From: an uncultured Lachnospiraceae bacterium | Lineage (GTDB): Bacteria > Bacillota > Clostridia > Lachnospirales > Lachnospiraceae | Length of the DNA: 64,000 nt | Assembly: GCA_946403625.1 (NCBI GenBank) | Contig: CAMJAP010000001.1 | Coordinates: 1,910 to 65,909 of the forward strand | Reading direction: 5' to 3' | Part shown: in pieces, positions 9,198 to 19,041 of the stretch | Position numbering within the stretch: position 1 is the first letter of the stretch | Layout: each line of letters begins with the position of its first letter | Program-made: the position numbers and the translations under genes | The notes under the pieces: model-generated | Database searches by the model: none | Seen by the model: only the letters and a program-made list of their open reading frames with translations | Told to the model about the DNA's origin: nothing

Positions 9198-10391
9198 TTA
9201 GTTTGCTCCGATCGACGAATAGCTCTGATAGATCGGTGTAATAACACCAAGCATAACGAAACCGACGATGACTGCCATGATAATGATCGTCACCGGTTCG
9301 ATATATTTTACCAGTCGTCCCATTGCCTGTTCTGCCTTGAAATCCAGGTCATTGGCAATGGAAGTCAGCATCTTGTCCAACATACCGGTTTCCTCACCGA
9401 CACGGATAACCGACGGCAGTTTGATGATAAATCCGTCCACCTTCTCGATCGCATCCGAAAGGGATACACCGGCCTGCAGATCACGATTGACCTGATCAAA
9501 CTGTTTTTCTACATATTTGTTGCCAATGGTCTGACTGGCAATGACTACGCATCGATCCACCGGGATACCCGCAGAATACAGAGAACTCAGAGTTCTTGCA
9601 AAACGAGCGGAGTAGATCGTATTATTCAGTTTACCGATCTTTCCCTTCGTTTTGAGCGTATCAATGAACAGCTTGATACTGGGAACACGCGCCAGGATAC
9701 GGCCGAAGAAGAAACAGGCAGCGCCTCCGATAATGAGCACATACCAGTATCCGGATACAAAATCACTGATGGCGATCAGGATACGGGTAGCGATCGGCAG
9801 CGATTCCATCTGAGCGAACAGTTCCTCAAACTGCGGCATAACGAATCCGAAGATCGCCAGTACCACGCCGACGATCATCGCCATCAGGATCTTGGGATAA
9901 ACCAAAGCACTTTTGGTATTTTCTTCCAGCTGAAACTCTCTGGTGAACTGATCTGCCAGATTCAACGCGGTGATATCCATATTACCGGAAGTTTCCGCAG
10001 CACGGAACATGTAGATCATCAGAGGCGGAAATGCCGGATACAGGTTTTCCATAGTGGTAGATAAAGCGATACCCTGTACAACCTTGGTCCGCAATTCCTG
10101 AAACAAATATCTTTCGTAGGGTGTGATGGATTCGTTTCCGGCCAGGATCTCCAGCAAGCGCACCAACGGTACACCGGCCTGTGTCATGGTTCCCAGCTCT
10201 GTACAAAAATTCGCCAGCTCACTCTTTTTCAACGGCTTTAACGAAACCTTTTTCGCCGCAGAAGTGGCGCTGATCAGCATCTGCCCGTTATTTCGGAGTT
10301 TCTTCTGCAGATCCGCCTCATCCAGGGCATTCATTTTGCCGCTAAACTGTTTTCCGTCCGCATCCTGCGATTTAAATCTGTATTCCGGCAT
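9198..10391 (-). CDS. pilC: type II secretion system F family platform protein (PilC)
   Basis: 397 aa with two T2SSF repeats and three hydrophobic segments. The N-terminus is PilC-like (FSGKMNALDEADLQKKLRNNGQMLIS). Confidence 0.9.
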   Translation of the reverse strand: MPEYRFKSQDADGKQFSGKMNALDEADLQKKLRNNGQMLISATSAAKKVSLKPLKKSELANFCTELGTMTQAGVPLVRLLEILAGNESITPYERYLFQELRTKVVQGIALSTTMENLYPAFPPLMIYMFRAAETSGNMDITALNLADQFTREFQLEENTKSALVYPKILMAMIVGVVLAIFGFVMPQFEELFAQMESLPIATRILIAISDFVSGYWYVLIIGGAACFFFGRILARVPSIKLFIDTLKTKGKIGKLNNTIYSARFARTLSSLYSAGIPVDRCVVIASQTIGNKYVEKQFDQVNRDLQAGVSLSDAIEKVDGFIIKLPSVIRVGEETGMLDKMLTSIANDLDFKAEQAMGRLVKYIEPVTIIIMAVIVGFVMLGVITPIYQSYSSIGAN

Positions 10392-10458
10392 CTTCTCTCT
10401 CCCGCTGCCATAGTATTTCCGTTACTACGGATTTTAGAGACTTGCTGTATCTGAAATG

Positions 10459-10923
10459 TTACTCATTCCATTGCGTGGTATACTGCATAATCTGAACGGT
10501 ATAGTAAATATCCCACTGCCCGTCCATTTCATCCCCGTCAACCAGTGCTTTGTACTCCACCAGATAGGGGCCTTTCTTGTAAGTAAAGGATAGTGGCATT
10601 CCGATATCATCATCCCATCCGGTCAGAATGATATAACCATCGGCGTAAGATAAAGCGTGCAGCCGTTCCGCCTGGCCTTCCAGCATCCCGTCCGGCCTTC
10701 CGGGATCATACAGTTTCTCTCCGAGTGCATGACATTCCAGATTCGCCAGACGCATTGCCACACGAACATCGCGGGCTTCCTGCATCACGCGACGCGCTTT
10801 AATGTTGATCCTGCTTATCGTAAATAAGATCGTCAGAACAACCAGCAGAATGATAAACGGAAGGAGCATTTTCTTCAGAACCGTCCATATTGTACGTTTT
10901 TCAAATACGATTTCTTCTTCCAT
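10459..10923 (-). CDS. bitopic membrane protein of unknown function within the pilus operon
   Basis: 154 aa with one TM (MLLPFIILLVVLTILFTI). There is no recognisable motif and no clear RBS. Confidence 0.5.
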   Translation of the reverse strand: MEEEIVFEKRTIWTVLKKMLLPFIILLVVLTILFTISRINIKARRVMQEARDVRVAMRLANLECHALGEKLYDPGRPDGMLEGQAERLHALSYADGYIILTGWDDDIGMPLSFTYKKGPYLVEYKALVDGDEMDGQWDIYYTVQIMQYTTQWNE

Positions 10924-11005
10924 ACAATCAGTATACCATATTTTCCTTTTTTATGCTTGTTTGAAGTCAGGTTGCGTCGGTCTATGCCGGATATCATAAT
11001 AGCGA

Positions 11006-14000
11006 TCAATTTTGAATATATATGTTATGCTGATTACTATTAATTAGCGGCTCATTTCTTCCGCAATACCCATCGCAAGTATTCGCATTATTCCATTCGT
11101 GACCGGTCCGTTTCACAGATGTTATATAAGTCAATGTTCCGCTACCCTTTGCAACATATGTGCCATCCGCTTGCTGCGTCAATATACCGCAAGGTGCGCT
11201 GTGAGCATATCCCAATATATATCCGGTATAACCGGTACAACTCCAACCTAAAGGATACCACTTGCCAGCCCTCAGTTGTACCTTATCTCCTCCTGTAACA
11301 GGCACCGTATAAGTGGTAGTGCTCGTTCGTCCGAATGCCCCTAGATTCCGCCCCATTACAGTACCGACATAGCCTCTTTCTCCAAAGATCTGGAAACCAT
11401 ATCCATCCGTTCCAGCTGTAATATAGTAATCAGCCGAAACATTCATGATCGGGTTGGCAAGGAAATTACCCGAATTCGAGCCTACAATTCCGCCTGCATA
11501 ACAATTTGCTGCAGCATTGATATAAGATGCAGTAGCCACATTTACATAGGTCGTACGGTCCTCACCAAGTGTAGTGCCCGCCTTGATGTATCCGATCATA
11601 CCACCGGCATTCACCGTACCGTTAATCGTTACATTAGACAGCGTTACCGTCAGATCCGAATTAAATACCGCTGCATAGTCCTTATTATTGCTTCCCTTTT
11701 CCACTGCTCCGGCATTGCCGATGATACCACCGACTCCCGCGCTTTCTCCGGAGCCGGAACATTCGATCGTTGAGTCTTTCAAGTTCGCAATCAGATCATA
11801 ATTGATCACACCGGATGCGTGCCATCTGCCCATCGTTCCGATCACACCGCCGGCGCCGTAGCTCGATGCCGTGATATTCATTGTACCGGTCGCAGTCAGA
11901 GTACCTCCCCTTGGAGTCTCTCCCAGTTTTCCGTCCAAACTGCCGATCCAGCCGCCCACACCGGAAACACCTTTTGCGGTAACCGTGATCTTATCCATCG
12001 TAATGCTCTGTTTCAGAGTTCCGTACAAATATCCTGCTACACCACCCACATCGAAAGCATTGCCTCCATTAGGCTGCAGGATCAGTTTGTGGGTATTGCC
12101 GTCCTCCGATTTGACGGACATATCCAGGATCTCTCCGTTCTGAGATTCACAACGGCCCAATACACCACCCACGGAATTCTTACCGCTCAGGATCGCAAAA
12201 TCATTCTTCAGGCGAAGGAACATACCGTCCACCTTCACCTCACTGGTTGCATTACCTTCCCAAGACATCTGACCAACTACGCCTCCAACTCCCGGATAAT
12301 GGCTATTACCGGTGTTGATTGCACTTGCCGATACATTTGTCTGAGAATAAGCATATTCCACATAGGTCGTCAGGTTGCCTGCGCTGCCCTTACCCATGGT
12401 ACCGACTACACCGCCCAGGCCCTGACCGGAGCCGACCACATAACCGCCTGCCAGATGTACGGTAAGATTTTGTGCCGCATCTGTACCATAGCCCTGTCCG
12501 ATATCACCATTATCCACCTGACCGATCATGCCGCCGGTGTGCACGGTACCGGTGATCCGTGAGCCTGCTGCCAGTCTCAGATCCGCATTGCCATAGGCCG
12601 TTGCGCCGCCCTGAAGCAGACCGATCATACCGCCGGTGCTTTCATGTCCGCTGACGGAGCACTGTGAACCCAGCACGATCTCTTTCGTTCCGTTTACACT
12701 GCCTGCTTCGATCTTTCCGAACAAACCACCTATATTATTGCCGCTACCGGTTACGGTGCATCCCGCTACCGGCTTAAACTCGATCGCGCCGGAAATATTA
12801 CCGGAAGAACAACCGACCAAACCGCCCGCATTGTTGCCGCCGGTCAATGCAAATGCTGCTGCCGGTGCAAAGGAAATATTACCGGCTACGATACCGTGAT
12901 CCACCTCGCCGATCACACCACCGACCGAATCGCCACCTGTGATGGCACAATCCGCTACAGGTGCAAATTGAATATTGCTGTTCCAGGTTCCGCCGTTTGC
13001 CACCAAGCCGATCACACCGCCTGCATGGGATGTTGCAGCCGTTGCCGCTACCGCTCTGATTCCGGTTACTTCCAATGTGCTTTCTGCCGTACCTACAACA
13101 GCGCCGTCCATCTGACCGATATATCCGCCCAGATTCTGCTGTCCGCTAATGGTTACGGACGGTACGATCTGCATATTCTGAACCAAAACATTTGCACTTT
13201 CCAGATAACCGGCAATACCTCCGGCATCCTTGCACTCCGGAACATTCATAAACAGCTCGGTACTGTTACCGTCCACGATCGCATTCTCCAGAGTACCGCT
13301 CTGCGTCATACCTCCGACAACACCGCCGAGACAGCATAATTCTTCTACACTGCCCGGATTCCTCGTAATGATATTTCCGGTCGTATTTACGGTTGTTGCA
13401 GCATTTTTGATCACCGGATTATTATTACCTTCCACCCATCCGATGCAACCACCGACCCGGTTGTTGCCATAGATCGGGGATACGCTGCCAACACCTTCCT
13501 CTGCTCCCAGAATCGCCTTCACCGAGGTATAGACACCCGATTCGCCGATACTGCCGATGCAGCCGCCGGCCTGCTTTTCTGCCGTAATCGCAGCTTCTGC
13601 ATCCAACACAGCGGTAACATCTCCCATCGTTTGGGTCAGAGAACAATATCCGACTGCTCCGCCAACCCCGGCCTGACCGGTAACCGCACCGGTAGAACCA
13701 AGGTAAGTGGATACCTTGCCATCCATATAGGAGATGTAGAACGCTCCGACTGCTCCGCCGGCACAGTTGCTTGCGGAAACATACGGCTGGGTACCGTTCT
13801 TCGGAAGCATTGCACTGATATTCGCATAAAAGTGCGCATTCGTTTTCCCGTTTGCAGCTACCGATGTGCTTCCGTCTGCACCAGGAGGGTTACCATCCGT
13901 AATAATTCCAACGGCACCACCGGCATAATCACCGACAGACTGAATCGATGACTGCGGATGCAGGGTAATCGAAAAGTCTAATGCTTTGTAATTCAATATA

Positions 14001-17000
14001 CCGGTTACTCCAGCTACACCATTCGTATTGCAAAGATAGAATCCTCCTACAAGACCACCGATTTGTGAATACCCCTTTACATCCAAGATCATCCGGTCAT
14101 CACTTGTCTGAGTTGCCGACTTATATTCCGTAGAAGAAGTTTGCGTGTTTTTAGCATTTAATCCGGACATTCCAACACAACCGCCCGCATTTATATTCTC
14201 ACTTGTACAGTTTCCCCCCTGATCTTGTGCGCATACTACCAATCTGGGTGCATCCGCTGTTCCTTGCAATACAATTTGGGTACCTGCCGTATCGCCACCG
14301 GTTTGGCTACATCCAACTACGCCGCCTACATTTCTGCGTCCATAGATACCACAATCCACCATCACCTGTGTTCTAACAGCAGCATATTCTTTAAGTTTTC
14401 TTAAATAACCAGCACAACCACCAACATTATCTCCTGTACCACATATCCCGTCGCTGTTCATAATAGTTGCTGTGATCGTAATCAGGTTCGTTTTGGTTCC
14501 TTTTGCTTCTCCCTTAATGCAACCTACTGCGCCACCCACATTATTGCCGGTTGCCGACAAAACTGCATTTTCTTCCTGTAAAGCATAGATATGAGAACCA
14601 TTCTGTAAACCCAACAAATATCCTACAGCCCCGCCGGCTCCACTATCCTCCTGTTCCTGATTCGTCGCCAAAATTGTCCCTTTATTGACTGCTCGAATTT
14701 GAAACGACGGACAAGAACCGGAGTCATTTGCTCCCAAAGCAACACCAATTCCTGTATTTCCCTTATTATTTGTATTGCAGGCGATACTCCCTTCGTTGAT
14801 CACATCCAGCACATACGGCGCTCCATTTTTGCCGAAACTATGCATATATGCAATTCCCGCAGAAGCTGAATGCCCTTTTCCAAACGGACTTATGCCATCC
14901 TTTGTTCCAATCAGCCCCTTATTTTCAGCATAAATATACATTTGGCTGGCTGATCCGCCGTTTATATACCCTATTGCACCACCAACATACTTTCCGCTTA
15001 TGATATCACCTGTATTTCCGCTTAAGATCAGCCCCTTATTTATTGCTCTGACACTAAGCATCATATCTGCAGGATGATTATCAATTCTGCCTACAGCGCC
15101 TCCAATTCCTTCATAAGTTTCAGCACTTGAACTATACCACTTTCCAAACTGCCAGACATATGTATTTTCTGCCAGATTTACATCTACTGCATAATCTGCC
15201 TTTTCCGCGTCTGCTATTGTAACTACGCCTTCATTGCTAACATTGTATGTAAGCTGAGTTACATCTTGCGCAAAATGACCACCTTTCATATAGCCAATTG
15301 CTCCGCCCACAGTAGTTCTGCCCATAACCAGTGCCCGTACACCATCCGGATAGGAAATGACCGTGTTTTCACTCTCACCTTCTTTTCCGCTATCCAGACT
15401 CAGGCGTGCGTCCACCATGCCTTGTACCTGCCCTATCACACCGCCAACATTTTGAGCTCCTGATATGGCAAATCTACCACAGGTTTCAATCGTCCCATAT
15501 GCCTTTGCACCCGAAGTATATACGCCTACAACGCCGCCGGTGCCGTCAAACATTTTAAAAAGCTTCCAGGTACTTCCATCCCAGGCGCCCGCCAAAACGA
15601 TCGTATTACTCATCCGGATCGTATTCTGAGTCGAATCCGAGCCTTCTTCCCCAAGCGATCCATTATGCTCACCAATCAAACCGCCGATCGGTATATAGCC
15701 TCGCCCATCCTTCCCTCCAAGGTACGCATTGGTTTCTTCCAAATTGGGACGATTTTGCTTATAATCCTGATCCACACTATCACCGTAGGAAAACAGCGTA
15801 TCTACTACGCCGGAAAGTTTCTCCGTGTTTGCCGAGCCATCTACTATGTTCTCAAGCACCAGGCACAAATTTTCACATCGTATATTCCGGATTGTTCCGT
15901 TATTTGTACAAATCATTCCTACCCCATGGGCATCTGTTGACATGAAAGACTGCCTGCGCATCTGCACATTACGGATCACGGCAGTTTTATCCTCCGTATC
16001 TGCACTAACCGCATTTTCCACTGCTACCAGTGTCTGATTTACAGACACTTCCGGCAATGCCGGCCATGACACCAGTTTCAGATCTGCCGCTTTTGACACA
16101 CCTCTGCTATGTCCCACAGGAGAATACCCTGTCAACGGAGTATTTTTTTTGTTTGCAACAAAACCATATACCACCACTTCGCTGGTATAGTCATCCTGCG
16201 TATCTTTGATCTTGCGATACCAGTCCAGATCCCTCTGAATCTCATATACCACCGGCTTATTTTCCGCCGCATACGAAATTCCTTTTGTGTATCGCATATT
16301 ATAAAGATGCCGGAACGATGTGATACTTGCCAGCTGCACTTTGTCCGGGATATTATTCTTTCCGCGATCTACATAATCATTTTCATTCCCAAAGCTGCCG
16401 TATCCGAGATCTCCGAACAAAGTATTGCATACGGCATATCCGCCGATATCCCGCGTTGCACATTCTTCCGGATCACATTTCTCCGGATTCTTATAAACAT
16501 ATTTTCCATCCTCAACAAAATAAACCGGATCATCATAAGCCCGCTTCGCATTCACATTCTCCGAAGCCGGCAGATTGGATGTCAGATTGTAATCCGTCAG
16601 ATCCGGATCCGAAAATGCATCCGCAGCTGCCGTCATTGCTACACGGATGTTTTTCGGAGTATAATCATTATTTACATCATTGTATGGCATAAATAATCTG
16701 GTGATACTGTAGTTATACGTTTTGTCTACAGAACTATTATTATCCTTTACATACGCCGCATACCGAGACATCATTGCGTCCAGCGCAATCGTATAAGAAA
16801 TATATTCCTTCGGGTCAGCGTCCGCATACTCCTTGCGCACATACGAAATTGTCAGCGGGAATTTATAAAAATTGCCTTCTGTCAGCTTATTGGCTTCCAG
16901 CGAATTATAATCTATCTTCTGATCTTTTGTGTTCACATACACCATGGCTGTTGTTTCGATCGAAGCCTTGTAACGCACAAACGATTTGTTGGTATCGTCC

Positions 17001-18142
17001 GTCATACGGTCAATCGTACACAGCACATCATAATCAGTACCGGCAATATTCCGCTTCACCACGGATCCGTTTCCGAGTTTCTGCTCTCCAACTGCCTTCA
17101 ACGGAGTCATATAATCCACCGGTTTGCGTCCATCCGGTCTTCCCGAAGTAAGATAGGCCTCGCTGATCACAAGATCCATAAGCCATTTGTCATCCTGCAT
17201 TCCCGGTGTAAACTCGCCCGTTTTAGGATGGGTATCATAAAGCGATGCCGTATAGTGGATATAGGTTTCTTTCTCACCCAGCAACCCTTTTCCGGTCACA
17301 TTCGCGCCATCATACATCACGCTGAAAGACAGTTCCAGCTTTTCACCGTTGCGCATTGCCAGTTCCGCAAAATCCATTTGCTTATTGATCAGCGGGGTAT
17401 ATACCGAATCGACTGCGGCCGGATTGCCGCCGTTAAAATATCCTACCAGACTGGTGTCGGAACGATAAGCAAACTCTCTCCAGGGAACCACACCGGATGT
17501 TTCTTTTTTCGCCACCGGGTCCCACTCGGTTCTCTTTTCATCATAAAAGACAGCATAAGTATTTACGGCATAGTGAAGTCGTTCATCACCGCCGATGGTC
17601 TTTTCCACATCAAATTCGATGGTAAAGGTAGCATTCAGGATCGAGGTATCGTAAAAATATCCGCCTACCAGATCCTGGATGATCGCATTATCATTATCCG
17701 TACCGCTTCCGCCCTTTTGATAGGTCAGGGTATATCGCATATGCACGGACTCGCCGACGGAATTGTGTGTCGTGTCAAACGCATCAAATGCCGTCTGATC
17801 AAAGCAACTATCCAACACATTTCCCGCCGCATCACGATCATTATTGGGTTGGGAGCTCGTATCACAGGGATCCTGCACTCCTTCTACCAGCAGCGTATCC
17901 TTGATCCATCTCTCGATCTCTCCGCTGTTCTTCTTGCGAACCAGCGCTGTCTGCACCGCCTGATAAATGTTCTGCGCATTCTGCTCATTGCTGTCAAAAC
18001 GCGATTTATCGATATATCCGATCAGAGACATCACTGCGGCAGAGGCCAGGATCGCCAAAATAGCCAGCACGACAATAAGCTCCACCAGAGTGAAGCCCTT
18101 CCGTTTGCTAATGCAGTTGTTTCGTTTTGCCTGTTTGCTCAT
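11006..18142 (-). CDS. giant (2,378 aa) prepilin-signal protein with GLUG-like repeat array (modular pilin / putative pilus adhesin)
   Basis: MSKQAKRNNCISKRKG|FTLVELIVVLAILAILASAAV is a class III signal with Glu+5. The ATG at 18142 overlaps the upstream pilin stop (TAATG). About 35 x-G-G-[AVILCM]-x-G motifs occur between ORF residues 830 and 2234. A 4-Cys C-terminal domain follows. The ORF is uninterrupted at 7.1 kb. Confidence 0.85.
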   Translation of the reverse strand: MSKQAKRNNCISKRKGFTLVELIVVLAILAILASAAVMSLIGYIDKSRFDSNEQNAQNIYQAVQTALVRKKNSGEIERWIKDTLLVEGVQDPCDTSSQPNNDRDAAGNVLDSCFDQTAFDAFDTTHNSVGESVHMRYTLTYQKGGSGTDNDNAIIQDLVGGYFYDTSILNATFTIEFDVEKTIGGDERLHYAVNTYAVFYDEKRTEWDPVAKKETSGVVPWREFAYRSDTSLVGYFNGGNPAAVDSVYTPLINKQMDFAELAMRNGEKLELSFSVMYDGANVTGKGLLGEKETYIHYTASLYDTHPKTGEFTPGMQDDKWLMDLVISEAYLTSGRPDGRKPVDYMTPLKAVGEQKLGNGSVVKRNIAGTDYDVLCTIDRMTDDTNKSFVRYKASIETTAMVYVNTKDQKIDYNSLEANKLTEGNFYKFPLTISYVRKEYADADPKEYISYTIALDAMMSRYAAYVKDNNSSVDKTYNYSITRLFMPYNDVNNDYTPKNIRVAMTAAADAFSDPDLTDYNLTSNLPASENVNAKRAYDDPVYFVEDGKYVYKNPEKCDPEECATRDIGGYAVCNTLFGDLGYGSFGNENDYVDRGKNNIPDKVQLASITSFRHLYNMRYTKGISYAAENKPVVYEIQRDLDWYRKIKDTQDDYTSEVVVYGFVANKKNTPLTGYSPVGHSRGVSKAADLKLVSWPALPEVSVNQTLVAVENAVSADTEDKTAVIRNVQMRRQSFMSTDAHGVGMICTNNGTIRNIRCENLCLVLENIVDGSANTEKLSGVVDTLFSYGDSVDQDYKQNRPNLEETNAYLGGKDGRGYIPIGGLIGEHNGSLGEEGSDSTQNTIRMSNTIVLAGAWDGSTWKLFKMFDGTGGVVGVYTSGAKAYGTIETCGRFAISGAQNVGGVIGQVQGMVDARLSLDSGKEGESENTVISYPDGVRALVMGRTTVGGAIGYMKGGHFAQDVTQLTYNVSNEGVVTIADAEKADYAVDVNLAENTYVWQFGKWYSSSAETYEGIGGAVGRIDNHPADMMLSVRAINKGLILSGNTGDIISGKYVGGAIGYINGGSASQMYIYAENKGLIGTKDGISPFGKGHSASAGIAYMHSFGKNGAPYVLDVINEGSIACNTNNKGNTGIGVALGANDSGSCPSFQIRAVNKGTILATNQEQEDSGAGGAVGYLLGLQNGSHIYALQEENAVLSATGNNVGGAVGCIKGEAKGTKTNLITITATIMNSDGICGTGDNVGGCAGYLRKLKEYAAVRTQVMVDCGIYGRRNVGGVVGCSQTGGDTAGTQIVLQGTADAPRLVVCAQDQGGNCTSENINAGGCVGMSGLNAKNTQTSSTEYKSATQTSDDRMILDVKGYSQIGGLVGGFYLCNTNGVAGVTGILNYKALDFSITLHPQSSIQSVGDYAGGAVGIITDGNPPGADGSTSVAANGKTNAHFYANISAMLPKNGTQPYVSASNCAGGAVGAFYISYMDGKVSTYLGSTGAVTGQAGVGGAVGYCSLTQTMGDVTAVLDAEAAITAEKQAGGCIGSIGESGVYTSVKAILGAEEGVGSVSPIYGNNRVGGCIGWVEGNNNPVIKNAATTVNTTGNIITRNPGSVEELCCLGGVVGGMTQSGTLENAIVDGNSTELFMNVPECKDAGGIAGYLESANVLVQNMQIVPSVTISGQQNLGGYIGQMDGAVVGTAESTLEVTGIRAVAATAATSHAGGVIGLVANGGTWNSNIQFAPVADCAITGGDSVGGVIGEVDHGIVAGNISFAPAAAFALTGGNNAGGLVGCSSGNISGAIEFKPVAGCTVTGSGNNIGGLFGKIEAGSVNGTKEIVLGSQCSVSGHESTGGMIGLLQGGATAYGNADLRLAAGSRITGTVHTGGMIGQVDNGDIGQGYGTDAAQNLTVHLAGGYVVGSGQGLGGVVGTMGKGSAGNLTTYVEYAYSQTNVSASAINTGNSHYPGVGGVVGQMSWEGNATSEVKVDGMFLRLKNDFAILSGKNSVGGVLGRCESQNGEILDMSVKSEDGNTHKLILQPNGGNAFDVGGVAGYLYGTLKQSITMDKITVTAKGVSGVGGWIGSLDGKLGETPRGGTLTATGTMNITASSYGAGGVIGTMGRWHASGVINYDLIANLKDSTIECSGSGESAGVGGIIGNAGAVEKGSNNKDYAAVFNSDLTVTLSNVTINGTVNAGGMIGYIKAGTTLGEDRTTYVNVATASYINAAANCYAGGIVGSNSGNFLANPIMNVSADYYITAGTDGYGFQIFGERGYVGTVMGRNLGAFGRTSTTTYTVPVTGGDKVQLRAGKWYPLGWSCTGYTGYILGYAHSAPCGILTQQADGTYVAKGSGTLTYITSVKRTGHEWNNANTCDGYCGRNEPLINSNQHNIYIQN

Positions 18143-19041
18143 TATTCCGTTACTTTCTCGTTGTCCTCTGCAAAGCAAATAACTGCTCTACGACTATATA
18201 CCAGGGTATCCGCAGATTCCTCTCCGTTACTCTTTTCGTGAATTTCTATGTTTGCCACCACATAAGCCGGCCGCCGATCCGCTATGGATGTTGCGGGATT
18301 CACTACGGTTTGATAGGTCAGCGGAGAATAGGTGACCTTGACCGTATATCCGTTATACACACCAACGGAAAACGGATTGGTATAGTCATACGGCTCCTTG
18401 TAGCGAAACAGTTCTACTTCTTTTTCGTCACTGAACACTTTTTCCGAAGTGATCGCATAGTATGCACAATGCAGATAGCCCGGTCTGGTTTCGATCGGCA
18501 TTTTGTCCGGCTGCAGATTGGTTGCGCCATTCGGGAACAGACGGTACACTGCTTTGGAGGTAACGGGGCTGGGTGTGAATCCTTCTTCCAGCAGGCTGTT
18601 ATAATTATTTGCCGATACTCCGGTATTCCAATAGATGGCCTTGGCATATCCCATATTGATCCGGAACACCAACGCATTGCCGCCTTCATTCTTTTTAATA
18701 TCCGCCAGCATTACTTCATTCGCCCGGCTCAAAGATGTGATCAGGTCATTATCACCGACCGTTGCATCCAGCGGGTCCGGAATATTAACAACCCTGACAT
18801 CCCCCGCACCGGTCACATAAGCCGCCGCGCATTCCTTACGCAGGGTATCCGTCACGGTATCCGCCACCAGCTGCGCTCTGGATAGTTTCTGCATATCCAT
18901 AAAGATGCTTACCACCGGAAACATCAGTGCTGCGACCGCAGTTGCCAGGATCGCGGTCAGCGCCATGGAAACCACCAGTTCCACCAGCGTGAAACCCTTA
19001 TCTTTCATTCGGTTGTGGTTTTTCCGATGTCTCTGTATCAT
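18142..19041 (-). CDS. minor pilin / pseudopilin (299 aa) with prepilin-type motif
   Basis: MIQRHRKNHNRMKDKG|FTLVELVVSMALTAILATAV. Its ATG overlaps the upstream stop (ATGA). Confidence 0.8.
   Translation of the reverse strand: MIQRHRKNHNRMKDKGFTLVELVVSMALTAILATAVAALMFPVVSIFMDMQKLSRAQLVADTVTDTLRKECAAAYVTGAGDVRVVNIPDPLDATVGDNDLITSLSRANEVMLADIKKNEGGNALVFRINMGYAKAIYWNTGVSANNYNSLLEEGFTPSPVTSKAVYRLFPNGATNLQPDKMPIETRPGYLHCAYYAITSEKVFSDEKEVELFRYKEPYDYTNPFSVGVYNGYTVKVTYSPLTYQTVVNPATSIADRRPAYVVANIEIHEKSNGEESADTLVYSRRAVICFAEDNEKVTE

Noticed and set aside
9129-10064. 311-aa plus-strand ORF, and similar ORFs at 31489..32502, 38331..39287, 51606..52751, 21123..21983 and 23651..24517, plus the minus-strand ORF at 49954..50844
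   Set aside because: Each lies antisense to a gene with clear family motifs (PilC, DUF5702-like, transporter/kinase-like, FapA, GH36, GH2, PBP5). None has an RBS or motifs of its own.
11819-18241. Multiple plus-strand ORFs (for example 11819..12562, 12896..13339, 16109..16696, 17228..18241) inside the giant pilin gene
   Set aside because: All are antisense shadows of the 7.1-kb ORF. None has an RBS or a motif. The minus-strand frame is continuous and has coherent repeat structure.
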